A stretch of 64,000 nt of DNA from Leucoraja erinacea (taxonomy: Eukaryota): positions 5,456,001 to 5,520,000 of the forward strand of contig NC_073412.1 in the NCBI RefSeq assembly GCF_028641065.1. The letters run 5' to 3'. Shown piece after piece: positions 62,337 through 64,000 of the stretch. The notes below the pieces were generated by a model. It did not search any database. It saw nothing but the letters and a program-made list of their open reading frames with translations, and was not told where the DNA came from. Both the position numbers and the translations under genes were made by a program. How positions within the stretch are numbered: the stretch's first letter is position 1; each line of letters opens with the position of its first letter.

Positions 62337-63829
62337 TGCATGGGTGCAGCCTCTCCTTCTACAAAGTGGGTAAAAATAATCACAACATTATTATTATTAT
62401 TAAGCATAGTCAAAAAATAGTGTTGCCATCTTTGTATATGTAACCTGTCTTCAAGGCTGGCAAACTGAATTTGAAGAATTCTGCTGTCTATAACCAGTCA
62501 ATTCCTGGCCAGCACATTAGCGAAAGGTTTCACGACAGAAGCTCGATTGTCGAATGGAGGCAGGGATAGAGGTCGGATCTCAAGACGACTTGCTTAGTTG
62601 GGATAGACACAAAAAGCTGGAGTAACTCAGTGGGACAGGCAGCGTCTCTGGGGAGAAGGAATGGGCGACGTTTCGGGTGGAGACCCTTCTTTAGATGTAC
62701 GTTCATTCCGGGTACTACTGACTATGGAGTTGGGGAAAACTGTGTCTGTAGCTCTTCCCACTACAATCTTACCTCAAGGGAAAGTAATTGGAGGACAAGC
62801 GTTCTACAAATTTACAAGTAAACTTGAGTATTCGGGCTGGAGTGTGGGAAGGAAAACAGGTGAACTCTTTGTTCAAATTAAGAAGTAAATTTGAACTAAT
62901 GAAAGATCTGGTGTCATTGCTTGGGTTTAATCCCACTCCAAACTCAGTCAATGTCACAGAGCCACAGTGAAATCTTTATGTAACTTCCTGTACCATTTAT
63001 CCCTCTTCTCATCTCACACTGTCTTCATCTTTCATGAGTAGAAATTGGATCCATTGGCAGTCGTTTTCACGAACAAATGGAGAATAAAAGCAATTGTATC
63101 AAGGTTAGATTGCACTAGGAATTTTACTTCTGGTGAAATTAGGTTGGCTATGTCTGTGTGTAATTCATTTTGGCATAGCTGATGTTTCCTTGGTTTCAGT
63201 TGCCCCGTTGCTAGTACAAATTGAAACCTCTGGGAACTTCTGCAATGGAGTAAATTGCACTGATTAGGGCAACGAGTCTTCAGTTAAACGGACTGGTCAC
63301 ATCTTTTGCAAGTGTCAGTTTTTAAAGCTCAGGATAAGGGATAAAGGCGTTGTTGGTTGTTCTATCACTGCTCATTGCTTCTTTACACAAATCACGTGCG
63401 ATCTTTGCCCTCTTGATCATATTCTCCTTGTGGCATAGAATCAGCACAGGACTTGACTGGGCAGACTAATATGTCAAGGAGGAACTTTTGCCCAGATTGC
63501 CATTCCCCCTCCCACATCTTTCATAGTAGCCATTTTGTTTCAGTTTAGTTTATGCCACGTGTACCGAGGTACAGTGAAACGCTTTTGTTGCGTGCTATCC
63601 AGCCGACAGAAGGACAATACATGATTGCAATCGAGCCATTTGCATCTTATAGATACATGATAAGGGAATAACGTTTAGTGCAAGGTAAAGCTAGCAATGT
63701 CCGATCATGGATAGTCCGAGGGTCACCAAATAGGTAGACAGCATAGATCCTACAGCGAGCAAGATAGCCCACTCGACGAAAAAGATGTAGTACAGTCATG
63801 GGCAGATTCATGGGTAATTTTCGGCCCCA

Positions 63830-63915
63830 TTTCCGTAACCGGCTTCCGTCTCCGCACCAAAGATCCCGTAGTGGAGCAAAGATACTAGTGCGGAGACGGA
63901 AGCCGGTTACGGAAA
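63830..63915. repeat. Perfect 28-bp inverted repeat with 30-nt spacer
   Basis: TTTCCGTAACCGGCTTCCGTCTCCGCAC (63830-63857) / GTGCGGAGACGGAAGCCGGTTACGGAAA (63888-63915). Confidence 0.9.
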
Positions 63916-64000
63916 CATCCTCGTAAATATAAAAGTTATTTGGGAAAAATCTTCTCCTCATTTGCAGAATTATAATTTATTAACACAAACTGTTCCCCCG

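Overview
Vertebrate genomic DNA, most likely from a cartilaginous fish such as a skate or ray; this is inferred from the HE1-like V-SINEs and the CR1, Rex1 and Penelope repeat mix. The window covers the convergent (tail-to-tail) ISL2-SCAPER junction. The last coding exon and 3' UTR of the LIM-homeobox gene ISL2 lie on + (CDS 10-126). The last six coding exons of SCAPER lie on - (60016 down to the stop at 25048) and splice in phase through GT-AG introns, one of them 25 kb long. The rest is intergenic or intronic, with four assembly gaps and dense repeats: 5'-truncated CR1 and Rex1/Babar LINE ends, tRNA-derived SINEs, PIF/Harbinger-like MITEs and Tc1/pogo- and hAT-like remnants. The most notable signal is a large set of short Penelope-derived elements carrying a minimal hammerhead-ribozyme motif (CTGAAGA-A-stem II-GAAAC-GTC/GTT). 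Many occur as fold-back units with 11-16 nt target-site duplications, and one has expanded its centre into a 15 x 34 bp array. Repeat-free, homeodomain/POU-motif-rich blocks and a CpG-rich domain 3' of ISL2 fit the known Islet-Scaper regulatory block. Most long ORFs in the supplied track are repeat or gap artefacts. Gene and repeat-family calls come from recalled sequences, not database searches.
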